A stretch of DNA of 33,748 nt, taken from the IMG/VR virus record IMGVR_UViG_3300027653_000374, positions 1 through 33,748 of that record. The stretch is one strand, 5' to 3'. The position numbers and the translations under genes were made by a program. This document shows, in pieces, positions 9,754-18,925 of this stretch (the first letter of the stretch is position 1; each line of letters begins with the position of its first letter). The DNA is from a virus. Lineage: Duplodnaviria > Caudoviricetes. The notes below the pieces were generated by a model. That model ran no database searches. It had not been told where the DNA came from and saw nothing but the letters and a program-made list of their open reading frames with translations.

Positions 9754-9956
9754 TTTGATTCGCCTCCAATAAATAATATTTTCTCTATAGATAGTCTTTT
9801 AATATCTTTCACTCTTACAGCGTGTTGATGAGTTATAATCCAATCTTCTTTTACTAGATTGTTATATAAATCATTTATACGGAACTGCTTCTCTGTAATT
9901 GTATCAAATAGATCTGTGCCATCTTTTAAATGTATAACTAATCTATACTTCCTCAA
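9726..9956 (-). CDS. Hypothetical protein
   Basis: RBS, operon packing. Confidence 0.6.
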   Translation of the reverse strand: MRKYRLVIHLKDGTDLFDTITEKQFRINDLYNNLVKEDWIITHQHAVRVKDIKRLSIEKILFIGGESKWNKEILLQ

Positions 9957-9958
9957 TC

Positions 9959-10384
9959 TTATTTCTCCTTCCCAAATCGAAGCCTGTATAGCCCATGCCT
10001 AATAGCGTCTCTTGCGTGATTATTTGGAACATATACGCCCATCTTCTTTAGTCTTTCATCTGGAAATGGTTGCTTGTTAGACGCTGGTTGCATAACTACT
10101 GGAATATCATTTTTCCATGCGAAGTGTTTAATAATGCCAATTACTTCTGTGGTAACAAAATCGCTCCAAAATTGGTTTTTCGCTTTCCACGGATACAACC
10201 TAAAAGACTCCATCACTATTTCATCTGGAGAGAATGGGACTACCTCATTAGCAATAATATCCTCTATAGTTTCGTGCTCATTTAGAAACCACCCCGCTAA
10301 TCTTAAATCCTCTCCTTTAAAAAAGGCGAAACCGTTTGTTTTACCGGGGTCAAGAGAAAATAGCTTTTTACTCAATTTAGTCAC
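9959..10384 (-). CDS. RuvC-like Holliday junction resolvase
   Basis: SLDPGKTNGFA, VMES and HARDA acidic RNase H-fold motifs. Confidence 0.75.
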   Translation of the reverse strand: MTKLSKKLFSLDPGKTNGFAFFKGEDLRLAGWFLNEHETIEDIIANEVVPFSPDEIVMESFRLYPWKAKNQFWSDFVTTEVIGIIKHFAWKNDIPVVMQPASNKQPFPDERLKKMGVYVPNNHARDAIRHGLYRLRFGKEK

Positions 10385-10772
10385 TACCTTTTAATGTTTT
10401 AACGTATTGTGGATTTACTGGTCTAAGGGGTATTACAACTACCTTAGCAATTTCATCCCCCTTAAATATTGTTCTATCTCCTCTATAAGAAATTAATGAT
10501 AGCTCAACTTCTTTTCTATCTCTTGCGTCAATTATTCCAACTCCATTAGACAATGCGATCCCTGTTTTACCTTGATTATCTGAAATAGATACTAACCCTG
10601 TATGCCCTACTGGAATCTCTAGATGTACTCCAGTTTTTACAACTACTACGGCTCCTTCCCGCAGCACAACATCTTCTTGTGCTCTTAAAATAAAAGTTTC
10701 GTTGTCTTTATGTTGCCTCTTAAAATTATCTGGCTCTGCTTTAACTCTTAATCTTCTACGTTTGTTACTCAT
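10377..10772 (-). CDS. Degenerate trimeric dUTPase-fold protein
   Basis: KTGVHLEIPVG, NGVGIID, KGDEIAKVV scaffold retained; motifs 1, 2 (RSG) and 5 lost. Confidence 0.7.
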   Translation of the reverse strand: MSNKRRRLRVKAEPDNFKRQHKDNETFILRAQEDVVLREGAVVVVKTGVHLEIPVGHTGLVSISDNQGKTGIALSNGVGIIDARDRKEVELSLISYRGDRTIFKGDEIAKVVVIPLRPVNPQYVKTLKGSD

Positions 10773-10788
10773 TTTTCATCCTCCCGCC

Positions 10789-11235
10789 TTATTTATTTTT
10801 AATCTCAACGCCTCTTTCTTCCAGCGCTTTCACGCCTTTCTGTAAAATATCAAGTAGTTTTCTACATTGTTCTTCATCAAACATTCCAATATGGGCTTTT
10901 TCTGGGGGTAAGTCCATTACAATGCTTAACCACTCGTAAGCTTCGTCTCTCGTAACACACCCCATTCTCCAGAAAGGGTCAAAATAGTTGTGGCATTTTA
11001 TCCTTAGCTTTCTCAGCTCCTCGTTCGCTAAAGTACCCATAGGTTTTGTACTAAATCTGTGAGTAGTAACATAGGCATTACAATTCTTACATAGATACAC
11101 ATTTGTCCCATAATCTCTTCCATAAAACTCTTTACTAGTAACTAGCTTAGGTCTAGTGCCACAATAACCACACCTAAGTCTGTGACCTTTTCCTCGTCTC
11201 CTCCCTTTTCTCTTCTTTTTCAACCTTTTACTCAC
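10789..11235 (-). CDS. DUF3268-type zinc-finger protein
   Basis: CGYCG...YLCKNCNAYV..H...PMGTLAN..LR..R...H..FD..W...R..AY.WL...HIG.FD..QC. Confidence 0.85.
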   Translation of the reverse strand: MSKRLKKKRKGRRRGKGHRLRCGYCGTRPKLVTSKEFYGRDYGTNVYLCKNCNAYVTTHRFSTKPMGTLANEELRKLRIKCHNYFDPFWRMGCVTRDEAYEWLSIVMDLPPEKAHIGMFDEEQCRKLLDILQKGVKALEERGVEIKNK

Positions 11236-11243
11236 CTCCTTTA

Positions 11244-11462
11244 TTAACTAAACACTCTATCCTTCCAGCTATTTGGGAATCTGTTACGAACTTCCTCCAA
11301 AACATAAAACCCTATGGAGTAGTCGCAATTTAAACAAAGAGTATGAGCGGTGAAGTCTCCATCCTGTATTCCTAAATAATCATCTTTGGCTCCACAGTAT
11401 GGGCAATATTTAAAATTTTCTACGTCTTTAAACTCAGAAACTAGTTTATAGCTCATCCACAA
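11244..11462 (-). CDS. Small zinc-ribbon protein
   Basis: CPYCG...CLNC. Confidence 0.65.
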   Translation of the reverse strand: MWMSYKLVSEFKDVENFKYCPYCGAKDDYLGIQDGDFTAHTLCLNCDYSIGFYVLEEVRNRFPNSWKDRVFS

Positions 11463-11489
11463 ACACCTCTCCAGTGACCAATATATTGT

Positions 11490-12071
11490 CTATATAACTC
11501 TAAGATGGGCAAACTTAGGGTAATAGCCTTTTTGCCATACGCAATGTTGATATTCAATGGAGTCTGTCCTACCGTCAGAAGTAAAGGACATTCTCTTGTT
11601 ATGCACAAAAGAATATTTCGGGAGCTGTTTGTCCCACATATCTTTTCTCCTCTTGCTTCCATAAAAATTTAATCTTAGTAACATAATTACAAATCCACCG
11701 TCTTTAACATCATCTAAAGCTTTTTCTATAATCTCCCTAGCGTCAGAGAAAGGAGGATTCGTAATAATCACATCTGGCTTTTGCTCTACGTTGTGTTTGA
11801 GGTAATCGTCTACTATCTCTGCTCTGGAATCTTCTCTAATATCTATCGTTCTTATTTGCTCATCTCTGATACCTAATTGCTGGAGAGCTATAGGGTAGCT
11901 CATCCCATTAGCTTCATCTCCTCCAGCAGTAGGGTCTAAGAACAATGTCTCGCTATTAAAAATTTGTGGTTCAAATTTCTTGAATTCCCTTAAAAAATGT
12001 ACTATTTCATTTATAGGTGTTACGTAGTAGTCTGTTAGATGTCTTTTGTACCCTCTAGACGTACTGCTCAA
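11490..12071 (-). CDS. Orphan amino-DNA methyltransferase (N6-adenine type)
   Basis: DYYVTP, LDPTAGG (motif I), IITNPPF (motif IV). Confidence 0.85.
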   Translation of the reverse strand: MSSTSRGYKRHLTDYYVTPINEIVHFLREFKKFEPQIFNSETLFLDPTAGGDEANGMSYPIALQQLGIRDEQIRTIDIREDSRAEIVDDYLKHNVEQKPDVIITNPPFSDAREIIEKALDDVKDGGFVIMLLRLNFYGSKRRKDMWDKQLPKYSFVHNKRMSFTSDGRTDSIEYQHCVWQKGYYPKFAHLRVI

Positions 12072-12084
12072 CTGTAAGACCTCC

Positions 12085-12594
12085 CTAGTACCCGGAATGT
12101 TGTCTGATTTTGTTTACATGATTTTTCTGGATATAAGCCTGTTCCAGCTCATCTAATGAAAACCCACAATCTGTTACTGTTCCTATGAATTCCTCAATAA
12201 TAATTTCAAAAAGATCAACATCTTTTGTAGTAGCAAACTCAGAAACTACATTAGATAAATATAGGAAACTAGTTATTGGGTCCTTAATAACGGCGTCTGA
12301 ATCTGGTAGACTCCGTTTGACAGGAAGGGATAAAATTCCTACATCATGTGCTATAGATAAAATGAAGTGTAAACAATCTGCTAATTCTTCCAACAAGGAA
12401 TCTTTTCTAATGCCCCTATCCTCACTCCAATATTTAAAAACCCTGCATTCATTAATTGCTTCTCCTACTTCTGCAATTAAAGCTAGTAATTTATAATTTA
12501 GTAAATCTTCTCCCCTTAAATTTTTATTCTCCTCAATCATTTCATCTAGCTGTATCTGCTTTTCTAACAAACCGCCTAAATCTATGGAACTCAT
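12085..12594 (-). CDS. dut: Dimeric all-alpha dUTPase (dUTPase_2)
   Basis: Q..LD, AEVGEAINE..FKYW, EELADCLHF, KN.VN..RQ..GY. Confidence 0.9.
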   Translation of the reverse strand: MSSIDLGGLLEKQIQLDEMIEENKNLRGEDLLNYKLLALIAEVGEAINECRVFKYWSEDRGIRKDSLLEELADCLHFILSIAHDVGILSLPVKRSLPDSDAVIKDPITSFLYLSNVVSEFATTKDVDLFEIIIEEFIGTVTDCGFSLDELEQAYIQKNHVNKIRQHSGY

Positions 12595-12755
12595 TAAACT
12601 GTTCCCCTTTCTTTTACTTCTTTCAATTCGTCTGGTGTTAAAACGTGACGCCTCTGCACCACTCTACCATAATGACTAGTCACTATATAAACTTCTAATA
12701 AATCATTTTCAAGTTCTTTTACTACTTTTATAGATAAAATTTCTTCCTCATGCAC
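12594..12755 (-). CDS. 53-aa hypothetical protein (not in the ORF track)
   Basis: GTG start after AGGTGAGG; MHEEEILSIKVVKELENDLLEV...; TAATG coupling to the dUTPase. Confidence 0.65.
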   Translation of the reverse strand: MHEEEILSIKVVKELENDLLEVYIVTSHYGRVVQRRHVLTPDELKEVKERGTV

Positions 12756-14676
12756 TTAGTACCTCACCTATTTCGTATTTCTTTGTCTCATCCCATGATG
12801 TTTCAGAATATTCAACGCCAACTGTAAAAGGAATCTTAAACTCTGGGAAGTATTCCATCGCTTCTTTTAATTTTGGTATTAAATATTGCTCATCTTTATG
12901 AATCTCAAATATTAATTCATCGTGAACCATTAAAACAATTCTACTTCTAGTTCCCTCAAGTATTCTCTCACAGCGGTCAATCGCAATTTTAGCCATATCA
13001 GCTCCAGTGCCTTGAATTAGGTAGTTAGCTAGTCGATATTCCTTACCTTCTACTCCCCAGTAAACTCTACCAAACTTATTAATCACGAAAGTTCCGGGAC
13101 GTGATTGTGCGACTGCTTGAACAGCGTTCATGTACTGAAGGACTCCCGGGTAGTTAGCAAAGAAATTATCTACATATTTCCTAGCTTGTGCGTAATCAAT
13201 TTTCAAGTTTCTAGATAATGTCCTTGCTCCCATACCGTAGAAAATACCAAAAGTAGTTGCCTTAGCGTGGTCTCGTATCGTTTTGAATTCATCAGTCTGA
13301 TCGTCTTTAGTCTTGCTGGGGTCGTAAATTTCTTTTGCTCTAGGGTCAATCGCTAAAGCTGTTAGTGTGTGTAAATCATCGTTATTTAGGATTGCTTGTG
13401 TTAGGGCTTTATCTCCGCTGTACTCAGCCATTATCCGTACTTCCATTTGTGAATAATCCATAAACACAAACATAGTATCCTTACTAGGAATGAAAGCTTT
13501 TTTAACATTTAGCTTATCTCCTAAATCGTAGTTTGGAATGTTTTGCAAGTTAGGGTCTGAGCTAGAGAATCTCCCTGTAACGGGTCCTGCAACATTGAAA
13601 TTAGCATGAATTACTCCTCCAGTTTTCCTTGCTCTCTCATAAATTGGTTTAAAATACGTGCCTAAAATTTTTGAGTATTTACGATACTCTACAATCTTAG
13701 TAGCAAGTACCTCTCCTTCCTCAGCTAACATTTCCATTGTTTCTTCATTAGAACTTGTGATTAACCTTCCTCTACTATTGAATACCTCAATAACTTGTTT
13801 AGGTGAGTTAATGTTTAAGTTTGTTCCAACTAATTCGTGTATTTCTTTTTGGAGCTCACTCATTACTTTTTCGCCATAAACAATTCCTGCTCTTAGATAT
13901 GGGAGGTTCACAGTGATTCCTTCTCTCTCCCAATTAAAGACGTAATGGATGGTTCTGAGGTCTCTTTTATATGTTTCAGTTAGTCTATTCCGTTGAACTA
14001 GTGGACTAAATTTTTTATATAAAGCAAGAGTATATTTAACGTCACCTGTAGCATATTTTGCCATAATGTCTTTAGGAACATGCGAATAGTTTACGTCTAA
14101 GTCTACTCTACTCTCGGCTTCTAAAAAGAGATTTACTAACTCATCATTTTCTGCTAAGCCTGTTTTCTTCCAATGGTCATAAGCCTTTCTCGTTGAGCCA
14201 AGCTCTCTTATTACTTCTGTTAGTTCCTTACTTCGGACTCTTTTCTCAGATTTCATCCAGTCTTTCATAATCTTTTCAGCTTCATTAACGTTCTTATCAA
14301 TCAATTTAGAAGTTAGGTCGTTCAGTCCAATAGACTCATCTCCATTGAGTAACAGTCTTGCCATTGCCATAGTATCGTGAATTGTCCCACGCACTGTAAT
14401 ACCTAAATTACGAAGGAAATGTAGGTCAAATTTACAGTTATGGAATATCTTTAACGAATGAGGGTCTAAAAAAATTGGTTCAATTAGTGATACGTATTCG
14501 GAGGGGATAGCATAATTGTCATCCCATCCCCAACCAACTTGGACTAAAAAAGCTTCATCTAGATCCCACAAAAACCCAGTAGTTTCTGTATCTATTGCTA
14601 CATATCTGGGGGAATCCTCTTTGTATTTTCGTAAAATTTCAATTACTTCGGACTCATTATGTGCGTAGCTTTTCAT
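12748..14676 (-). CDS. polA: Family A DNA polymerase with 3'-5' exonuclease
   Basis: Exo DTET, HNCKFD, YATGD; TGRFSS..PNLQNIP; DYSQMEVR; KATTFGIFYG; VHDEL. Confidence 0.97.
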   Translation of the reverse strand: MKSYAHNESEVIEILRKYKEDSPRYVAIDTETTGFLWDLDEAFLVQVGWGWDDNYAIPSEYVSLIEPIFLDPHSLKIFHNCKFDLHFLRNLGITVRGTIHDTMAMARLLLNGDESIGLNDLTSKLIDKNVNEAEKIMKDWMKSEKRVRSKELTEVIRELGSTRKAYDHWKKTGLAENDELVNLFLEAESRVDLDVNYSHVPKDIMAKYATGDVKYTLALYKKFSPLVQRNRLTETYKRDLRTIHYVFNWEREGITVNLPYLRAGIVYGEKVMSELQKEIHELVGTNLNINSPKQVIEVFNSRGRLITSSNEETMEMLAEEGEVLATKIVEYRKYSKILGTYFKPIYERARKTGGVIHANFNVAGPVTGRFSSSDPNLQNIPNYDLGDKLNVKKAFIPSKDTMFVFMDYSQMEVRIMAEYSGDKALTQAILNNDDLHTLTALAIDPRAKEIYDPSKTKDDQTDEFKTIRDHAKATTFGIFYGMGARTLSRNLKIDYAQARKYVDNFFANYPGVLQYMNAVQAVAQSRPGTFVINKFGRVYWGVEGKEYRLANYLIQGTGADMAKIAIDRCERILEGTRSRIVLMVHDELIFEIHKDEQYLIPKLKEAMEYFPEFKIPFTVGVEYSETSWDETKKYEIGEVLSA

Positions 14677-14854
14677 TTATTAAGTCACACTCCTTAGCAG
14701 TAATCGTAAACTGCTCTTTCTTCCCCCTAACATTCGGTTCATAGTAAGTAGCAACGGGGTCTCTTTTCCCGATAAGTCTAAAGAGTGCTTGTTTTTGCTT
14801 GTAGTTTTTAGTAATTACTCCATACGTATTACGGTGTACTCGAAATACTTCCAT
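14657..14854 (-). CDS. Hypothetical protein
   Basis: Overlaps both neighbours, has an RBS. Confidence 0.6.
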   Translation of the reverse strand: MEVFRVHRNTYGVITKNYKQKQALFRLIGKRDPVATYYEPNVRGKKEQFTITAKECDLINEKLRT

Positions 14855-17666
14855 TTTGTTCCCACTCCCTTAGCTTAGGTTCAAGTTCCATATAAAATGC
14901 CTTTGTGAATTTGAAAACTCTAGCGTCTTGTGTGAACACATAGCCATTATTGTATAGCCAACTAATCACATTACGATTATCAATTTTTCGTTCAATAGTG
15001 GCGTCATAAGTTCCCTTATCTAACATATCTCTAAACAACCTGTCAGAGTTTAATGTTTTATAAACTTGTTCTGAAATAATAGTCTCTGAATGAGCTACTT
15101 TACTATCTTTTTCTTCTACTACATCTGCTGCCACTTTATTCCGAACTTTTACGGATTGAATGTAGTTCTCGAACTCCATCTTTTCGTACTGCTTCTCAAG
15201 AAATTCTTTGACAAACTGAATGTGCTCTTCTGTTACAAAAAGATGTTCTCCATCTGCTGTCGAATACGTCCTAGCAGCTGAAGCTGTTGCAAGTCTTACA
15301 ATCCTTTCAGTTGTTCTCTCTCCAGAATTGATAAGCTCTATGTCACTGTTAGAGTGCCAAAACTTACGCCTTAGATAGTCGGAGACTCTACGTAGTTCTT
15401 TTACAGCCTCTTTAGTAAACTTTATTTGGTCTGGTCTCCTAGTCCAAGCCCATAATACAAGCGACCTGCAAAGGTCTTTTGTGTATACTGAGTCTTCCTC
15501 ATCTGCTGGAGGAATTTTGAATTCTGGCTTATCGTCCTCTTGTAAAATTACAACAGAAAAATCCAGTCTATCCTGAGAACCCCTGTCTGGAAACAAATCT
15601 GGGACCATGCTTATAGGAAAATCCCCAGCGTCTCTTCCAGTATTGATTCTTTGTCCGTCTTTTGGGTTAGTTATCCAAACCAACCTAACCCTAGCGTCCT
15701 TCTCATACGTTCCCGCCGAAGATGACGCCGTAATCGTTCCAGATGATCTAGAGGTGTTAAGACGTCCCATATCTTCAGCATGTAGTTTGTTAAACTCATC
15801 AATAAACACCAGCCTTCTGTCGTTTAGTGGTAATAGTCCGTCTCTAAATATCCACTTACCGCCTATCTGAACAGTTGTTACCGTTAAACCTCCGGGAGTT
15901 GCAGTTGCGGCGTCTTGAATTGCTCCTAAGTCATAATACTTTTGCATTTCAATTGCCATTTGAGATTTACCTTCCCCGGGGTCTCCAATAACTAATAGCT
16001 CTGCCCACCCTTTTATTGTACGGTTAGGGGCATTAGGGTTAGGAATACCAATAACAGAATGATAAACAAGATCATACGCAATAGATAAATCCTCTCTACC
16101 TCGAATTCTAAACATACTTTCATTAAGTCTACTTGCTATCTCAGGTATTTTCTCCATCGGGTTTCCTTGAAACACTTTAAGTTTCTCATGTAGTTCTGGA
16201 GAAATTTTAAATGTATCTAAATCGTCTTGCAACGGCTCTACCTCCTCAGCAATGAACATCAACTGTCCACTATCTCTAGTTTCTTGAACTGGGGTAAGCC
16301 AAAAATTAGCTTTTCTACCACTTTTAATCTTAGATGAAGCTTGTTCAGTTGTTACGTAACCCGCTAATTCCCTTTTGGACTCTGGAGTGTCATCCTCAGA
16401 GCTTTCAATAAACACTGGGACAGCTATTTCTTTCTTTGATTTCTCGTTTAATTCCCAGAAGTTACATCTTCTTGTGTTGGTTATAAAGGGAATATGTCCC
16501 ATAGCTGCTATGAAGTTTCTTTGTTTAACAGGTGTCTGTTCTACTAATTCCATTACTCTAGGGTCATTTGGCTCAATAACAACCGTCTTTTTTCTGTTAT
16601 TGTTCAAGGGACATTCTTGACAAATTTCAAGGTCATATCCTTTACACTCCAATATGTTATAATGGCTCCACAAATATTTACTTGTCCCAGCTTCTCCCAT
16701 AACTCTTGCTTCGACCATAAACTCTTTATTTATATGTTCGGCTCCTATATCGCTCATAGGTAAAGTTGGAGGGACATATCGCTCCACCTTAACCGCATTT
16801 TCCATTACTTCCTCAAAACTTTCTTTATCCATTCGATACTTAACAAAATAATCTGTAACATCTTCTCCATCAGCTAACCCTAAGTCCATAATGTAGACTT
16901 CTGTTTCTGGAAGGTTAGCTAGAACTTTTGCAGACTTTTTAGCTCCTTCTTTTCCAGCATTATCACAGTCATAACATAGGTAAATTTTCTTGCCTACGAA
17001 ATATTCTGCAAATTCCCTAAAATCTGCTCCAGATCCTCCAGTGGTAGTAATCGCAGGAATTCCTTTATCGTTTAGAATTAAAGCGTCAAATTCACCCTCA
17101 GTTACAACGATAGTTTTGTTTTTAATCGTTTCTATAGGGTATAAAGATATAGGTGAGCTACGCCATGCAAACTTAATTTTTGCTTCATTTTCTTCACGAT
17201 ACTTAGGTAACAAATACCTTCTTCCAGCCACTAAATTTTTTTGCTCACCGTAAATTGGTATTAAAATCTCTTTCTTTTCGTTTAATTCTCCTGTTAAACT
17301 ATCTTTATCGTAAAACTGCCTAAAAGCTAAGCCGTATTTAACAGATGTATCGTGAGATATTCCACGCTCTTCTTCTAAAAACTTCTTTACCTCTGAGTCT
17401 TTGTCTAAATCTTTACCTTTTTCTAGATTTTGTTTAAATTCATCAATGAATTCTTTGTGATAAAGCCTGTTCTCTAACTGCCTTATACCTTTTCCAGCCT
17501 CACCGCACTCTGGATTCTTACATACCCAGAGCCCAGTATCAAAATCAACAGCCAAAGTTTTAGACCTATTATGGATATGGAAAGGACAGTTGGTTAAATA
17601 ATTGTTATTACCAGAATTCTCCCAATCCTGTCCCGTAAAATAATCTCTGAATTCTGCTTCGTACAT
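14829..17666 (-). CDS. DnaG-type primase (CHC2 Zn finger + TOPRIM) fused to an MCM-family AAA+ helicase
   Basis: CPFH..C....C; TEGEFDAL; YDCDNAG; then IGDPGEGKSQ, GGLT, GLLPLND..VFIDEFNK, DRLDF, ERIVRLATASA. Confidence 0.88.
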   Translation of the reverse strand: MYEAEFRDYFTGQDWENSGNNNYLTNCPFHIHNRSKTLAVDFDTGLWVCKNPECGEAGKGIRQLENRLYHKEFIDEFKQNLEKGKDLDKDSEVKKFLEEERGISHDTSVKYGLAFRQFYDKDSLTGELNEKKEILIPIYGEQKNLVAGRRYLLPKYREENEAKIKFAWRSSPISLYPIETIKNKTIVVTEGEFDALILNDKGIPAITTTGGSGADFREFAEYFVGKKIYLCYDCDNAGKEGAKKSAKVLANLPETEVYIMDLGLADGEDVTDYFVKYRMDKESFEEVMENAVKVERYVPPTLPMSDIGAEHINKEFMVEARVMGEAGTSKYLWSHYNILECKGYDLEICQECPLNNNRKKTVVIEPNDPRVMELVEQTPVKQRNFIAAMGHIPFITNTRRCNFWELNEKSKKEIAVPVFIESSEDDTPESKRELAGYVTTEQASSKIKSGRKANFWLTPVQETRDSGQLMFIAEEVEPLQDDLDTFKISPELHEKLKVFQGNPMEKIPEIASRLNESMFRIRGREDLSIAYDLVYHSVIGIPNPNAPNRTIKGWAELLVIGDPGEGKSQMAIEMQKYYDLGAIQDAATATPGGLTVTTVQIGGKWIFRDGLLPLNDRRLVFIDEFNKLHAEDMGRLNTSRSSGTITASSSAGTYEKDARVRLVWITNPKDGQRINTGRDAGDFPISMVPDLFPDRGSQDRLDFSVVILQEDDKPEFKIPPADEEDSVYTKDLCRSLVLWAWTRRPDQIKFTKEAVKELRRVSDYLRRKFWHSNSDIELINSGERTTERIVRLATASAARTYSTADGEHLFVTEEHIQFVKEFLEKQYEKMEFENYIQSVKVRNKVAADVVEEKDSKVAHSETIISEQVYKTLNSDRLFRDMLDKGTYDATIERKIDNRNVISWLYNNGYVFTQDARVFKFTKAFYMELEPKLREWEQNGSISSTP

Positions 17667-17678
17667 AAGGTCACTCCC

Positions 17679-18158
17679 CTAGCTAAAATTAGGACTTGCA
17701 AATTCTCCAAATAGTTCTCTTGCTTTTTCGTCATACGCTAGAGCTGCCTCTACTTCATCCCAAAAGTAGCCAATATGAATCTGCCTACCGTTTTTTCTAA
17801 TCTGCGCTGACCATTTTCGCTCTCCTTTACTCTTGTAAACGCCTTTATACTTTGAGCGAAGTTCAGAGCTTTTTCTGGAGAGTGTGTTGCGCATATTCAT
17901 ATTATTTTGCGCTCTTGTACAAATCCTTAAATTGTCTCTAGTATTTTTAAGTTTATTTCCGTCAATATGGTCTACTACAAAACCTTTTGGGGGGCGCATA
18001 ATAAATCTGTGCATATATAAAGTGATTCTTTTACCCCCAATTCTTTCGGTTCTAGCGGCATACCCTTTATGGTAGTACCACTTACATTGATTAAGCTCAT
18101 CGAACAACTCCTTATCAACTATTACTTCTTTTCCTTGAGTTAAAGGGATTGCTCTCAC
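17679..18158 (-). CDS. HNH-AP2 homing endonuclease
   Basis: DHIDGNKL.N...NLR...N; SKYKGV, W.AQI, G.F....AA.AYD AP2 domain. Confidence 0.92.
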   Translation of the reverse strand: MRAIPLTQGKEVIVDKELFDELNQCKWYYHKGYAARTERIGGKRITLYMHRFIMRPPKGFVVDHIDGNKLKNTRDNLRICTRAQNNMNMRNTLSRKSSELRSKYKGVYKSKGERKWSAQIRKNGRQIHIGYFWDEVEAALAYDEKARELFGEFASPNFS

Positions 18159-18190
18159 CTGTCTCCTCCTTTTAATAGTAAAATAGTTTA

Positions 18191-18214
18191 GGCTGGGAAC
18201 TTATGTCCCCAGCC
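18191..18214 (-). terminator. GC-rich hairpin (terminator or processing site)
   Basis: GGCTGGG..CCCAGCC stem downstream of the SSB gene. Confidence 0.45.
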
Positions 18215-18245
18215 CCATCCTACTATACTGACTAGTCAGTATCTA

Positions 18246-18731
18246 TCAGAAAGGGATGTCGTCATCACTAATAGTCAGCGCTCCGTCACGTTCTGACAAA
18301 GCTTCTCCTAGTGATTGACTAGGCGCTGACTCGCCATCCACATACTCAACATCTAGTACTACGTTTCGGTCTTCCGTCTTTCCTTGATACGTTTGTTCCT
18401 CAACGCCTAACGTAAGTAATACTCTCTTACCTACAAAGCTAGGCAAAGTGCTTGTATCAATATTAACCTCTCCAGATAACCCTGTTACTGCTTTATAGAA
18501 TTGCCCTAACTTCCACATAGCTGCTTCTGATAAAACGATATTATCAAAAATTTTGCGCTTTTGGTATGCAGGATGGGCAATGTTGTAAGTTACCGAAAAC
18601 CCTTTACTTCCTGTTCTGAATGTTCTTGGCTCAACCTCAAAAACAAACGCTTCATACTTCCCTGCTGGGATTGGTGCAAAACCTGTATTAATTTCATCTA
18701 AATTCATCTTAATTTCAGTTGCTGTACTCAT
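18246..18731 (-). CDS. Single-stranded DNA-binding protein (DUF669-like)
   Basis: PIPAGKYEA OB-fold start; acidic DDDIPF tail. Confidence 0.85.
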   Translation of the reverse strand: MSTATEIKMNLDEINTGFAPIPAGKYEAFVFEVEPRTFRTGSKGFSVTYNIAHPAYQKRKIFDNIVLSEAAMWKLGQFYKAVTGLSGEVNIDTSTLPSFVGKRVLLTLGVEEQTYQGKTEDRNVVLDVEYVDGESAPSQSLGEALSERDGALTISDDDIPF

Positions 18732-18733
18732 AA

Positions 18734-18925
18734 TTAATCAATCTCCTTTACTCTTCTTTTATTTTTTAACCATTCTTCTATTTCACTCTTATCAAACCGT
18801 AAACCTTGACCTATTTGATAGCTCGGGATTTCCCCATTCTTTGACCAATTATAGATAGTCTTTTTCGCTACATTTAACTTTTTAGCTACTTCTGCTACTG
18901 TCATCATATTGATTGAATTACTCAT
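18734..18925 (-). CDS. Excisionase-like HTH_17 DNA-binding protein
   Basis: MTVAEVAKKLNV..TIY.W...G.IP..IG..RF...I..WL. Confidence 0.85.
   Translation of the reverse strand: MSNSINMMTVAEVAKKLNVAKKTIYNWSKNGEIPSYQIGQGLRFDKSEIEEWLKNKRRVKEID

Noticed and set aside
13235-13265. PolA motif B Phe at the 762-equivalent position in a temperate phage
   Set aside because: The lifestyle correlation is only statistical, so it is not informative alone
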